Shown here one piece after another: positions 28,112 through 37,264 of a stretch of DNA of 64,000 nucleotides (its first letter is position 1; each line of letters begins with the position of its first letter). The translations under genes and the position numbers were made by a program. The notes under the pieces were generated by a model. That model worked only from the letters and a program-made list of their open reading frames with translations, was not told the origin of the DNA and searched no databases. Source of the DNA: Roseibacillus sp. (lineage in GTDB: Bacteria > Verrucomicrobiota > Verrucomicrobiia > Verrucomicrobiales > Akkermansiaceae); the NCBI GenBank assembly GCA_965242925.1, contig CBDEUM010000014.1, positions 581,848 through 645,847 of the forward strand, given 5' to 3'.

Positions 28112-28280
28112 CGCCGGAGAAGCCGCTGGGGCTCCCGCTTGAGGAGAGGCCCTGCGGGGCAGCGGACGAACATTCATACGGTTCAGGGTTAACCCGAAGG
28201 AGCTTGCTTCTTGAAAGCCGGTATTGCCGTGCGCTCGGACCCTTGAGGCCTTCCCTCGAACAACTGCCATGACCAGGGAA

Positions 28281-28682
28281 TTACGCATCTAAGGATGATT
28301 GCTGGAAGGCCTGAGGCAACAGGACGGAGAGATCTACTTTTACACTCTGCTCTTTTCGGGGATCGATCAGGAGGAGCACCAAGCCCGGACTGAACTCGTG
28401 GAGAACCTGGCGGCAGGCCCCGCAGGGAGCGGGGGCTCCCGATGCGCAAATTGCAAGGACCTCAAAATCTCGCTCCCCTTCCGAAACCGCCTTGCCCAAG
28501 GCCACCCGTTCGGAACAGATCGTCAGACCATAGGACGCATTCTCAACGTTGCACCCAGTGAAGATGCGCCCGGAACGGGTCTGCAACGCAGACCCCACCC
28601 GGTAAGCCGAGTAGGGTGCGTAGGCCCGCTCCCGGGCCGCTTGGGCCGCTTCGATAAGGGCCCCCTCTTCGCCGCTGCTCAT
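28281..28682 (-). CDS. cdd: Cytidine deaminase
   Basis: AYAPYS, GCNVENASYGLTICSER, PCGACRQ. Confidence 0.95.
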   Translation of the reverse strand: MSSGEEGALIEAAQAARERAYAPYSAYRVGSALQTRSGRIFTGCNVENASYGLTICSERVALGKAVSEGERDFEVLAICASGAPAPCGACRQVLHEFSPGLVLLLIDPRKEQSVKVDLSVLLPQAFQQSSLDA

Positions 28683-29009
28683 CGCCCCTCCCTCCCTGGG
28701 GCAAATCGCGATTCAAGCCCGCCCGCCTGGGCGTGGTCTGATCCTCGCGGATAGGTCACGTTCGCCACGGTGGTAAAGATACCTTAAATAGAGGGCCGAA
28801 CGGAGCGAAATCGACCTGCGACCACCAAAATCGTCCCCTGAATGGGGGGGTATTTTCCCGTTTTGGGCGGGTTTTCTGCGAGGATTTTAGTAATCCTCCC
28901 GTCACTTTCCCACATCCCCAGTTAGATTTCGGCTGTCATCCCCGGGACCGATCAGGCCCTCCGGATCCGAGAAAATCCTCCATCCCGGCCGGAGGCCTGC
29001 GCCCCTCAT

Positions 29010-30272
29010 TCAGGGAAAGAGCCCGCGTTTCTTTTTGACCTCGGCAACCTCATGTACGCCGAGACAGAGCGCGGCCGTCCGGTGACTCACCTGCCGCTCT
29101 TCCGCGAAGTGGAGCATGCGCTCGAAGGCCCCCTCCAGCATGGTCTCCAACTTGGTAAGCACCTCCCGCTCCGTCCAATGGAACCGGGAGAGATTCTGGA
29201 CCCACTCGAAGTAGGAAACAGTCACGCCCCCTGCATTGCACAGGATGTCCGGGAGGAGAAAGATGTCCCCACGCTCGTCGATGATGGCATCGGCCTCCGG
29301 GGTGGTCGGCCCGTTCGCAGCTTCCGCCAGCACGCGACACTTCAGCTTGGCGGCGTTCCCGTCGGTAATCACGCGCTCCAATGCGGCCGGGACGAGGACC
29401 TCACATGGTTGCAACAGCATCTCGTCCGGATCGATGGCCTCCGCCTCATCGAATCCGGCCACCCCCCCGGTCAAATTCACGTGCTCCCCCAGCAATCCAA
29501 CGTCGATCCCATTATCGTTCCAGAGCGCCCCCGTGATGTCCGAGATCCCCTTCACCTTGACCCCGGACCAGGAAAGCCTCTCCGCCGCGTGGGTCCCGAC
29601 ATTCCCGAACCCCTGCACGATTGCGCCTGATCCATCAACGGGGCAGCCAATCTTATCAAGGGCCCGCATGGCCAGGAAGGCCACCCCGTGACCGGTGGCC
29701 TCCCGGCGCCCCTCCGATCCCTGCAACTCGACGGGCTTGCCGGTCACGATCCCGGGCACAAGATGCCCCGCATTGGTCGAATAGACGTCCACGATCCAGG
29801 CCATGGTCTGCTCATCAGTTCCCATGTCGGGCGCCATGATGTCGACCTCCTCCCCGATGAAGGGGGTGATCTCCGCTGCGAACCGTCGCGTGAGCCCCTC
29901 CTTTTCCCGGTCGCTCATCGCTCTCGGGTCGCAATTGATTCCTCCCTTGGCCCCGCCGTAGGGCAGGCGCATGAGGGCACACTTCCAATTCATCCACATG
30001 GCGAGGGCGGCCACCTCGCCCAGGTCGACATTCGGGTGATAGCGCAGCCCGCCTTTGACCGGCCCCCGCGAAAGGTGGTGCTGCACCCGGTGCGCCAGAA
30101 ACACCTCCGTCCGCCCGTCATCCATCCGCACGGGGAGAGAAACCGTAATGAGCCGCTTGGGCCACTTGCAGCGCTCCCGGATCTCCTCCGTCAGTTCCAT
30201 GAAATCAGCGACCTGGTCGAACTGCCGCGCGGCCATGCCAAAAACCGGGTTCTGCAGGAGCATCTCTTTCAT
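29010..30272 (-). CDS. gdhA: Glu/Leu/Phe/Val dehydrogenase (glutamate dehydrogenase)
   Basis: GPVKGGLRY, LPYGGAKGG, APDMGT, QGFGNVG, NAGGVTVSYFEWVQ. Confidence 0.93.
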   Translation of the reverse strand: MKEMLLQNPVFGMAARQFDQVADFMELTEEIRERCKWPKRLITVSLPVRMDDGRTEVFLAHRVQHHLSRGPVKGGLRYHPNVDLGEVAALAMWMNWKCALMRLPYGGAKGGINCDPRAMSDREKEGLTRRFAAEITPFIGEEVDIMAPDMGTDEQTMAWIVDVYSTNAGHLVPGIVTGKPVELQGSEGRREATGHGVAFLAMRALDKIGCPVDGSGAIVQGFGNVGTHAAERLSWSGVKVKGISDITGALWNDNGIDVGLLGEHVNLTGGVAGFDEAEAIDPDEMLLQPCEVLVPAALERVITDGNAAKLKCRVLAEAANGPTTPEADAIIDERGDIFLLPDILCNAGGVTVSYFEWVQNLSRFHWTEREVLTKLETMLEGAFERMLHFAEERQVSHRTAALCLGVHEVAEVKKKRGLFP

Positions 30273-30402
30273 ACCTCGTGACCCAACACCACTGCTCCCC
30301 CTTGCGCGAGGAATTTGGTGCGATGATCCTGGGCTCCAGGCAGTTCCTCAACTACCGATCTGCGGCCTTGCCGTGGAAAAAAGTGAGCGTATCGTCCACT
30401 CT

Positions 30403-31281
30403 ATGAATTCTGCGCTCTGCGCCAAAGTTGCCACTGCGGTTGTTCTAGTCCTCAGCCCATACGAGCCCCTTCCGGGCCAGGGGGCAGAGGCGCCTCCGCC
30501 TGCAAAGTCACCACGAGCAGGGGAAGAAGTGACCCTGCCCGCAGGCAGTATTGTGGCCAAGGCCTACCTGGCCCTGCCCGAGGCCCCCGGTCCCCACCCC
30601 GGGATTCTCATCTCCCCGGAGTGGTGGGGGCACAATGACTTCGTCCGCATGCGGGCCGACATGCTGGCCACCCTCGGCTATGCCGCCCTTGCCATGGACC
30701 TCTACGGCAACGGCAAGAAGGCGCACGATCCACAAACGGCGGCTAGGCTCGACGGAGCCCTCAAGGGAAACCAGAAAGAGATGAATGCCCGGGTCCTTGC
30801 CCACCTCAAGTTCCTGGTCGGACGGCCCGAGGTGGATGGGGACGCCATCGCCGCCATCGGCTATGGTAGCGGCGGGGATGTGTGTCTTCAGATGGCGCGC
30901 AACGGTATGCGGCGGCTCGACGGAGTAGTGGCCTTCCACCCGTTCTTCAGAGTGCTCCCCTCCCAACCACCCATCTCCAAGGCCACTGCCCGCGTGATGG
31001 TCTGTGATGCACGCGAAGACCCCTATGTCCATCTTCGCAAAGGCACGGTGGAGGCCTTCAGGAAGGAGATGGCCAGCGTGAAGACGGACCTCACCATCGT
31101 CCCCTTCCCCGACTCCATGCAGGGTTTCACCGTTCCGGGAGCTGACAAGACCGGCGAGAAGTTTCGGATTCCCTACGTCTACAACGCCAAGGCCGATACC
31201 CGCGCCTGGGGCCTGCTAAAGGGTTTCCTTCGGGATCTCTGGAAGCCCTCGGAATCATCTGGGGGAGCAGAACCCGAGTAG
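30403..31281 (+). CDS. Dienelactone hydrolase family protein, exported, probably catalytically altered
   Basis: PEWWGHN, GYAALAMDLYG, AIGYGSGG (family GYCxGG), YNAKADTRAW; start taken at ATG 30403. Confidence 0.8.
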   Translation: MNSALCAKVATAVVLVLSPYEPLPGQGAEAPPPAKSPRAGEEVTLPAGSIVAKAYLALPEAPGPHPGILISPEWWGHNDFVRMRADMLATLGYAALAMDLYGNGKKAHDPQTAARLDGALKGNQKEMNARVLAHLKFLVGRPEVDGDAIAAIGYGSGGDVCLQMARNGMRRLDGVVAFHPFFRVLPSQPPISKATARVMVCDAREDPYVHLRKGTVEAFRKEMASVKTDLTIVPFPDSMQGFTVPGADKTGEKFRIPYVYNAKADTRAWGLLKGFLRDLWKPSESSGGAEPE

Positions 31282-31343
31282 ATCAAACCCCACCATTTCT
31301 CCTTACAGCCCCCATCTGCTCCCCGGGGGGAGCCTTCCTCAAG

Positions 31344-31913
31344 ATGAAACAGCGGAAACTGACTGTCCTTGCCAGCGCCGGGCTCCTGCTCCTCGCCTCC
31401 TGCGGCGACCCGGCCACGACCGAATCGGGTGACTCCACCCCGGCCCTCCAGCAACCCCCTCCCCCCCCCAGTCCGGAGGTCCTTGCCGCTCTCAAGGAAC
31501 AAGCCTTCGGCAGCAAGCTCCTGGGCAGGACCAAGTATCTCGTCGGAGAGGGGTATGTCGCCGCCGACCTGCCAAAGGCTCCTCGCTACTATCTCCTAAA
31601 CTTCAGCGCAAGTTGGTGAGGCCCCTGCAAGGAACACGCTCCAGAGTTACTGGAGAAATACAGAAAGCATGTCTTGCCGAACCCGGCAGTTGAACTGATC
31701 CATGCCAGCTGCGATGAAGTCGCAGAAGAAGCAGTCAAGTGGGCCTACAAGGTGGGTTTCACATGGCCCACCGTCCTCTGGCCGGACTGGGAGGCGGTCG
31801 GGTTAGGAGCCTATGGAGCTTTGGCCGGGGAAATGTTCCTGGTAGATAGCAACGGAACCCTGGTCGCGGAGACCGAGGACGAGGCATTTGCAAAAATTGA
31901 CGAACTAAATTGA
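31344..31913 (+). CDS. Thioredoxin-like lipoprotein, probable selenoprotein (TGA 31617-31619 read as Sec, WUGPC)
   Basis: ORFs 31344-31619 and 31674-31913 are in one frame separated only by TGA; FSASW-TGA-GPC; lipobox LLASC; downstream hairpin; 189 aa with readthrough. Confidence 0.85.
31639..31655 (+). promoter_or_regulatory. Putative bacterial SECIS element 1
   Basis: CTCCAG-AGTTA-CTGGAG hairpin; 25 nt lie between the TGA and the loop. Confidence 0.7.
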
Positions 31914-31971
31914 ACACTTCCCATATGCCATTACGTTAGAACCCAAGGAAGAGGCCTCCTCCCTTATATCT

Positions 31972-32691
31972 ATGAAACTAAGACATCTCCTCCATGTTGG
32001 AATCGTGGCGCTCCTCGGAGTCGGCGCGGTCTCCGCCCGGACATGGACCAGCGCCAACGGGAAAAAGACGTTCGAGGGCGAATTGAAGTCCTTCGACAAG
32101 GAAAACGACACGGTCACCATCGTCTACAGGAACGGCCGCACGGTCACCTTCGGAACCCAAAAACTTTCCGAGGCGGACAGGACCTTCCTTGAAGAAAACG
32201 GCAAGGCGGCGGCGGACGCTGCCGACCCCGCCGACGTGGAAGCTTCCCTGAAAGGGCAAAAGATCGGGAAACCCCTGGCGAAGAAGGGCATCCTTTCCAA
32301 ACTTGAGGGCGAGAAGTTCGCCAATTTTCAACTTGAGAAGGCCCCGCAGTATTACCTCGTCTACTTCTCCGCGAGCTGGTGACCGCCCTGTCGTGCTTCT
32401 GCTCCACAGTTGGTGAAGCAATACAAGGAAGAGGTTGCCGATCATCCCAGCGTCGAGATGATCCACGTGAGTCTGGACAATGACAAGAAGGCCGCAGAAT
32501 CGTGGGCGGCAAAGGAAGGGTTTCCCTGGCCTACCGTGATGAAGGACAACTTGGAGCGCAGCGGCCTTGGGGACTACATCCCGAGAGGCGTTCCCAACTA
32601 CAAACTCATCAGCAAGGATGGGGAGATCGTGGCGGAGGGCAAGGGCGCCGTATTCCAGAAAGTCGCGGAATTGAGCAAGACGGAGGTATAG
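31972..32691 (+). CDS. SHD1-like + thioredoxin-like exported protein, probable selenoprotein (TGA 32380-32382 read as Sec, WUPPC)
   Basis: ORFs 31972-32382 and 32410-32691 are in frame across TGA; YFSASW-TGA-PPC, VSLD, GVPNY; N-terminal RTWTSANG...LSEADR; 239 aa with readthrough. Confidence 0.88.
32400..32420 (+). promoter_or_regulatory. Putative bacterial SECIS element 2
   Basis: TGCTCCAC-AGTTG-GTGAAGCA hairpin (7 of 8 pairs); 25 nt lie between the TGA and the loop. Confidence 0.7.
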
Positions 32692-32803
32692 AAGACTCCG
32701 CCCATCCGTAAAAGGTCAGCGGGTCGAGTTACTCCGAACCGCTTTTTGCAATGGGCCATCCTTGCTCTCCGCGCCCCCGGCGTCATACTTTGTTCACGCA
32801 TCC

Positions 32804-33016
32804 ATGAAACATCTCGCTAGAATTACACTCCTCCTTGGGGCCTGCTCCCTTTCTTCCTGCGCTCTGGCCAACAAACTCATCCAGGCTCCCGTTCGTCTTC
32901 TGCAGGCTGGCGTGCGGACCATTTCGGATGTCGGGGATCCCACTCCACCAGCCACCGCCGAAGCAACCCGGGTTCACGGCGTGGCCCTGAAGAACACCGA
33001 AGCAGGCCTCAGGTAA
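32804..33016 (+). CDS. Small hypothetical lipoprotein
   Basis: MKHLARITLLLGACSLSSC lipobox; its end overlaps the tsaE stop. Confidence 0.55.
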   Translation: MKHLARITLLLGACSLSSCALANKLIQAPVRLLQAGVRTISDVGDPTPPATAEATRVHGVALKNTEAGLR

Positions 33017-33431
33017 CGCGGGTCACCCGCCTCGCCTCCCCGGGCAGAATCTGCAGGTTCACCCGCAAGGCCCCCCCCGGAAGCAGCTCGGGGAAACGGC
33101 TCGCCCATTCCACCGCCAGAATACTTCCCGATTCCTCCACGAATTCATCCCAGCCGAGGTGGAGAATTTCCTCTGCTCTCTCCACTCTGTAAAAATCGAA
33201 GTGGTAAAGGGCCCGGACCCCCATGCGGTATTCGTGCAGGAGCGTGAATGTGGGGCTCGTCACCGGTCCCCCATGGCCTACGCCTGCGGCCAGGCCTTTG
33301 ACCAATTCGGTCTTCCCCGCCCCCAATTCACCATCCAGCCCAATCACTCCTCCATTTATCAATTCGCCCGCCAGATCACGTCCCAGCGCCTGCATCGCGC
33401 TCGGATCCTTGCATTTTCTGGGAAAATCCAT
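33009..33431 (-). CDS. tsaE: tRNA threonylcarbamoyladenosine biosynthesis ATPase
   Basis: GELGAGKT, SPTFTL, HFDFYR, VEW. Confidence 0.95.
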   Translation of the reverse strand: MDFPRKCKDPSAMQALGRDLAGELINGGVIGLDGELGAGKTELVKGLAAGVGHGGPVTSPTFTLLHEYRMGVRALYHFDFYRVERAEEILHLGWDEFVEESGSILAVEWASRFPELLPGGALRVNLQILPGEARRVTRVT

Positions 33432-33560
33432 ACCCGGACAGTCTGGGGACCAGTTTCCGGATTGGCAAAAATTTCTTGCTCCCCACAGATCGCTGTGGTG
33501 AATTCCCGGCCCGCCACGTCTTCAGGCCGGGTCCCTCTCACCTCGTCACCTCCCACCACT

Positions 33561-33875
33561 ATGTCCTACGCAGTATTCAAGACCGGCGGAAAGCAGTACC
33601 GCGTGCAGGAAGGCGATACGCTCGACGTCGAAAAGCTCGATGCCGAAGTCGACGGTGAAATCCGTTTTGCCGAGGTTCTTCTGGTCAACGACGGCTCGAG
33701 CACCACGGTGGGAACCCCCTTGGTGGAGGGCGCTGCCGTAACGGCCAAGGTTCTCAACCAGTTTCGCGCCCCCAAGGAAATCGCCTTCAAGTTCAAACGC
33801 CGCAAGGGCCATCACAAGACCAAGGGCTACCGCCGTGCCCTCACCAAAGTGGAAATCACCAGCATTGCCGGTTGA
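33561..33875 (+). CDS. rplU: 50S ribosomal protein L21
   Basis: MSYAVFKTGGKQYRV, FKFKRRKG. Confidence 0.97.
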   Translation: MSYAVFKTGGKQYRVQEGDTLDVEKLDAEVDGEIRFAEVLLVNDGSSTTVGTPLVEGAAVTAKVLNQFRAPKEIAFKFKRRKGHHKTKGYRRALTKVEITSIAG

Positions 33876-33909
33876 ATTCCGCCCTTGATCATCCCAAACC
33901 CCGAATCTC

Positions 33910-34164
33910 ATGGCTCATAAGAAAGGACAAGGATCCGTCAAGAACGGCCGCGACTCCCGCAGCAAACGGCTTGGAGTGAAAAAATTTGGAGGCGAAGCGG
34001 TCATTGCCGGCAATATCATTATTCGCCAACGCGGCACCAAGTGGCAGGCCGGGCAAAATGTCGGGCTTGGGCGCGATCACACCATCTTTGCTCTGGTCGA
34101 CGGCAGCGTCTACTTTGACCGAAGGGGCCGCCGCGTCAATGTGGTGGAAGCGGGAGTCAACTAG
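33910..34164 (+). CDS. rpmA: 50S ribosomal protein L27
   Basis: [22 protein letters not shown]. Confidence 0.98.
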   Translation: MAHKKGQGSVKNGRDSRSKRLGVKKFGGEAVIAGNIIIRQRGTKWQAGQNVGLGRDHTIFALVDGSVYFDRRGRRVNVVEAGVN

Positions 34165-34203
34165 CCTCCCGGCGTAACTCAAGGACTTCCCCCCAAGACT
34201 CCC

Positions 34204-34234
34204 AGCGGCCCCAACCCCGGGGGCCGCTTTTTTT
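34204..34234 (+). terminator. Rho-independent terminator after rpmA
   Basis: AGCGGCCCC/GGGGCCGCT stem followed by a T run. Confidence 0.85.
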
Positions 34235-34275
34235 CTGTCTGCCGGGCCCCGTAAATTTCCGAAAAGGTCGATCCG

Positions 34276-34725
34276 ATGTTCAACCTCGTCCTCGTCGCCC
34301 CCGAGATTCCGCACAACGCCGGGGCTGCCGGAAGGCTCTGCCTCGCCACCGGCTCGACCCTCCACCTCATCAAGCCACTGGGTTTCTCGCTCGATGACAA
34401 GTACGTCCGCAGGACGGGACTCGACTACTGGAAGGACGTGGACCTTAAACTCTGGGACTCCCTCGAAGAGCTTTATGCCATCGCCCCCCCCGAGCGCACC
34501 TGGTTCCTCTCCACCAAGGGCCGTAGCGCTCACTGGGATGTCTCCTACGCAGAAGGAGATTACTTCATCTGTGGTTGCGAAACGCGAGGCCTGCCCGCAT
34601 CCATCCTGGCAGCCCATCCGGATCGGCTCATCCGTATCCCAATGCGCGACCGGGGAACTCGTTCCCTCAACCTCGCCACCGCCGCGTCTATCGTCCTCTA
34701 CGAGGCCGCACGACAGGTAGGTTGA
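34276..34725 (+). CDS. trmL: tRNA (cytidine/uridine-34 2'-O)-methyltransferase
   Basis: PEIPHNAG, PLGFSL, GLDYW, RSLNL, YEA. Confidence 0.93.
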   Translation: MFNLVLVAPEIPHNAGAAGRLCLATGSTLHLIKPLGFSLDDKYVRRTGLDYWKDVDLKLWDSLEELYAIAPPERTWFLSTKGRSAHWDVSYAEGDYFICGCETRGLPASILAAHPDRLIRIPMRDRGTRSLNLATAASIVLYEAARQVG

Positions 34726-34755
34726 TCCGCCAGTCGTGCGACGGGCGGGCTCCTG

Positions 34756-34962
34756 CTACTCCGAATCCGAAGTCTCCTGGATATCCTGCAGGGCGGCGAT
34801 AAAGTCCGCCAAGATTTCCGCCGGCACCATAATGGTGTCCCGGTTGCCCGCCACATCCTCGGTAATCTTTACCACTTTTCCGCGGGCGTTTTCCTTCAAA
34901 TCCAAGAAAAACACCTTCCGATCCGCGAGAATCTTCTCCGTGTGCAGTAGGTCGTTTTCCAC
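34756..34962 (-). CDS. PUR/DUF3276-like nucleic-acid-binding protein
   Basis: RKVFFLDLKENARGKVVKITE; strong SD (AAGGAGG) before GTG. Confidence 0.8.
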   Translation of the reverse strand: MENDLLHTEKILADRKVFFLDLKENARGKVVKITEDVAGNRDTIMVPAEILADFIAALQDIQETSDSE

Positions 34963-35339
34963 CTCTCCTCCTTTAATGTCGTTGCTTAGTTTGGCGGTAA
35001 CTATCTAGCGAATTCCGGATTGCGTCAAACCCAAAAGATCAAGGCTGCTAGAGAGCTAAATTTGCTTGATAAGCATCGCCTCAATGGATTGCGGCTTGGA
35101 CTTCCTCCATCTCCCTTAATGCCAAGAGGACTTTCCCCAAGCCGACCTGTGGCCATGCTCCCCTACAGCGCCCAGATGGTTGCGAGAGGAACGAATGCCA
35201 ACTGGGCACGGCCGGGCCCTCCCATCAGCCCCTTCATAAACAGAATTCGTTTCCTCCCGATGGGTGGCCATTCCGGCGGGGTGAGCCCTCTCTTTTCTTC
35301 TGTGCCACGCCTTTCCTCGTGAGTAGCAAAATCACCCCC

Positions 35340-36305
35340 TCACCGTATCCCCACCGCCTTGCGCACACGGGTGAGGACCCGATTTGCTTCCTCCCGCGCC
35401 CGGGCGGCTCCGTTGGCCAGCACCTGCTCGACGTGGCCAGGGTCAGCGAGAAGCTCTTCCCGTCGTTTGCGCATAGGGGCAAAAAACTCCCAATAGGCCT
35501 CCCATAGTCGCTTCTTGAAGTCCCCATACCCTATGCCCCCGGCTTGGTAGTCCGCCACCATCTGACCGTAATCCCCTTCCGTGGCAAAGAGCTTGTACAG
35601 CTCCAGGATGACGGAGCCCCCCGTGGGCTTGGGGTCCTCCACCGCGGCGGAATCCGTCACGATCCGCATCACCGTCTTCCGCAGCGGCTTTTCCTCCCCG
35701 AAGATGGGCAGGGTGTTGTTGTAGCTCTTGCTCATCTTCTGGCCGTCCAGCCCGGGAACCTTGGCCACTGCCTCTGGGATAAGAGCTTCGGGCAGGACGA
35801 GGGACCCTTCTCCGTAGCTCTCGTTGATCTTGATCACGAGATCCCGGGTGACCTCGAGATGCTGCTTCTGATCTTCGCCCACCGGCACCTGGTTGGAGTC
35901 GAAGAGGAGGATGTCGGCCGCCATGAGAACTGGATAGGCAAAGAGGGCGTGACTGGGCGCAATGCCCTGGGAAACCTTGTCCTTGTAGGAATGGCACCGT
36001 TGCAGAAGGCCCATGGGGCAGACCGTGGAGAGGATCCAGGCGAGCTCACAGACCTCCGGAATGTCACTCTGCTTCCAGAAGACCGCCTTTTCAGGATCCA
36101 GGCCACAGGCCAGGAAATCCAAGGCCACTCCACGTACGTTCTCGCGCAACTCGTCCGGATCGTGAGTTGTGGTCATGGCGTGGTAGTCGGCGATGAAATA
36201 AAATGCCTCGCCCTCTTCCTGGAGTTGCACTGCCGGGCGCATCGCTCCGAAGTAATTGCCCACGTGCAGCGTCCCGCTCGGCTGCAATCCCGTCAATGTC
36301 CGCAT
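35340..36305 (-). CDS. trpS: Tryptophan--tRNA ligase
   Basis: TGLQPSG.LHVGNY (HIGH), YPVLMAADIL, VPVGEDQ, KMSKS; start taken at ATG 36305. Confidence 0.97.
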   Translation of the reverse strand: MRTLTGLQPSGTLHVGNYFGAMRPAVQLQEEGEAFYFIADYHAMTTTHDPDELRENVRGVALDFLACGLDPEKAVFWKQSDIPEVCELAWILSTVCPMGLLQRCHSYKDKVSQGIAPSHALFAYPVLMAADILLFDSNQVPVGEDQKQHLEVTRDLVIKINESYGEGSLVLPEALIPEAVAKVPGLDGQKMSKSYNNTLPIFGEEKPLRKTVMRIVTDSAAVEDPKPTGGSVILELYKLFATEGDYGQMVADYQAGGIGYGDFKKRLWEAYWEFFAPMRKRREELLADPGHVEQVLANGAARAREEANRVLTRVRKAVGIR

Positions 36306-36486
36306 GGCCGGATGTATACGCCGCGCCAAGATGGAAGCAAGAAGTGAGGACCCGTTCTTGACCCGCGTCTCCTCCAGGGGCCAGGAGCGGGCCCTTTCCC
36401 CCTGCCGCGGAGAGAAATCCCCGGCCATCTGCAAATCGATCGCTTGTGGCTGGACTCCCCGAACGATGCTCTGCTCTCCTCTTTCC

Positions 36487-37203
36487 ATGAGCACACTCAA
36501 CGGAAAGGTCGCCGTCGTTACCGGAGCTTCCAGCGGAATTGGCCACTCCATTGCTGAGGCCCTTCTTGATCGGGGAGCACGCGTTTTCGGGCTTTGCCGG
36601 AAAATCGGCAGAATCCCAGAGGCCGCCACTCCTGTCTCCTGCGATGTGCGCGATCCCCGCCGAATCGCCCATGCGTTCGAGGTCCTCAAGGCGGCCACCC
36701 CCACGGTGGATATCCTGGTCAACAATGCCGGGATCGCCTACCTCTCCAGCCTGCTCAAGGGGCCGGTGGAAGAGTGGGACGAAATGTGGGAGGTCAATGT
36801 GCGGGCCGTTGCGCTCTGCACAAAACACGCCATCCCCATGATGCCCGGGGAGGGGGGGCGAATTGTCAACGTCTCCTCGCTCAGTGGACATCGCGTGCCG
36901 CCAACCGGAGGGTTCTACGCACCCACCAAGTTCGCCGTGAAGGGCCTCACCGAGTCCCTCCGCAACGAGTTGAAGGCTGCCAATCTGCCCCACCAGATCG
37001 GCTCCGTCTCTCCCGGCTTCGTGGACACCCCCCTCGTCAATACCTACTTCCGTGGACGCGAAGAGGATCTTTCCTCCCTGCGCCAGAAAACCCGCATGCT
37101 TGATCCGGAGGATATTGCGCGTGCGGTCCTGCATATCCTGGAGGCCCCACCTCATGTCGAAATCGGGGATGTGGTTCTGCGTTCAGGCGATCAGAAGGTC
37201 TAG
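36487..37203 (+). CDS. SDR family oxidoreductase
   Basis: TGASSGIG, NNAG, YAPTK. Confidence 0.93.
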   Translation: MSTLNGKVAVVTGASSGIGHSIAEALLDRGARVFGLCRKIGRIPEAATPVSCDVRDPRRIAHAFEVLKAATPTVDILVNNAGIAYLSSLLKGPVEEWDEMWEVNVRAVALCTKHAIPMMPGEGGRIVNVSSLSGHRVPPTGGFYAPTKFAVKGLTESLRNELKAANLPHQIGSVSPGFVDTPLVNTYFRGREEDLSSLRQKTRMLDPEDIARAVLHILEAPPHVEIGDVVLRSGDQKV

Positions 37204-37264
37204 CCTGCAGAAGGGCATGATGATGCCCGGACCCTGGCGGAAGGGCCGGCGGGGGCCCCGGTTT

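Noticed and set aside
31461..31469. C9 tract as a phase-variation switch in the first selenoprotein gene
   Set aside because: It encodes an in-frame poly-Pro linker in a C-rich strand; no evidence of length variation.
31617..32382. Genome-wide TGA reassignment (Trp or Gly) as the explanation for the in-frame TGAs
   Set aside because: TGA is the normal stop of rplU, trmL, trpS, mnmG, pyrE, pdhB and pdhC in this window, and the two TGAs align to Cys.
34990..35339. Small ORFs or RNA between the PUR-like gene and trpS
   Set aside because: No motif, convincing RBS or recognisable structure.
36306..36725. N-terminal extensions of trpS, rplU, rseP, pyrE and others in the ORF track
   Set aside because: They overlap neighbouring genes or precede the conserved family start; downstream starts were used.
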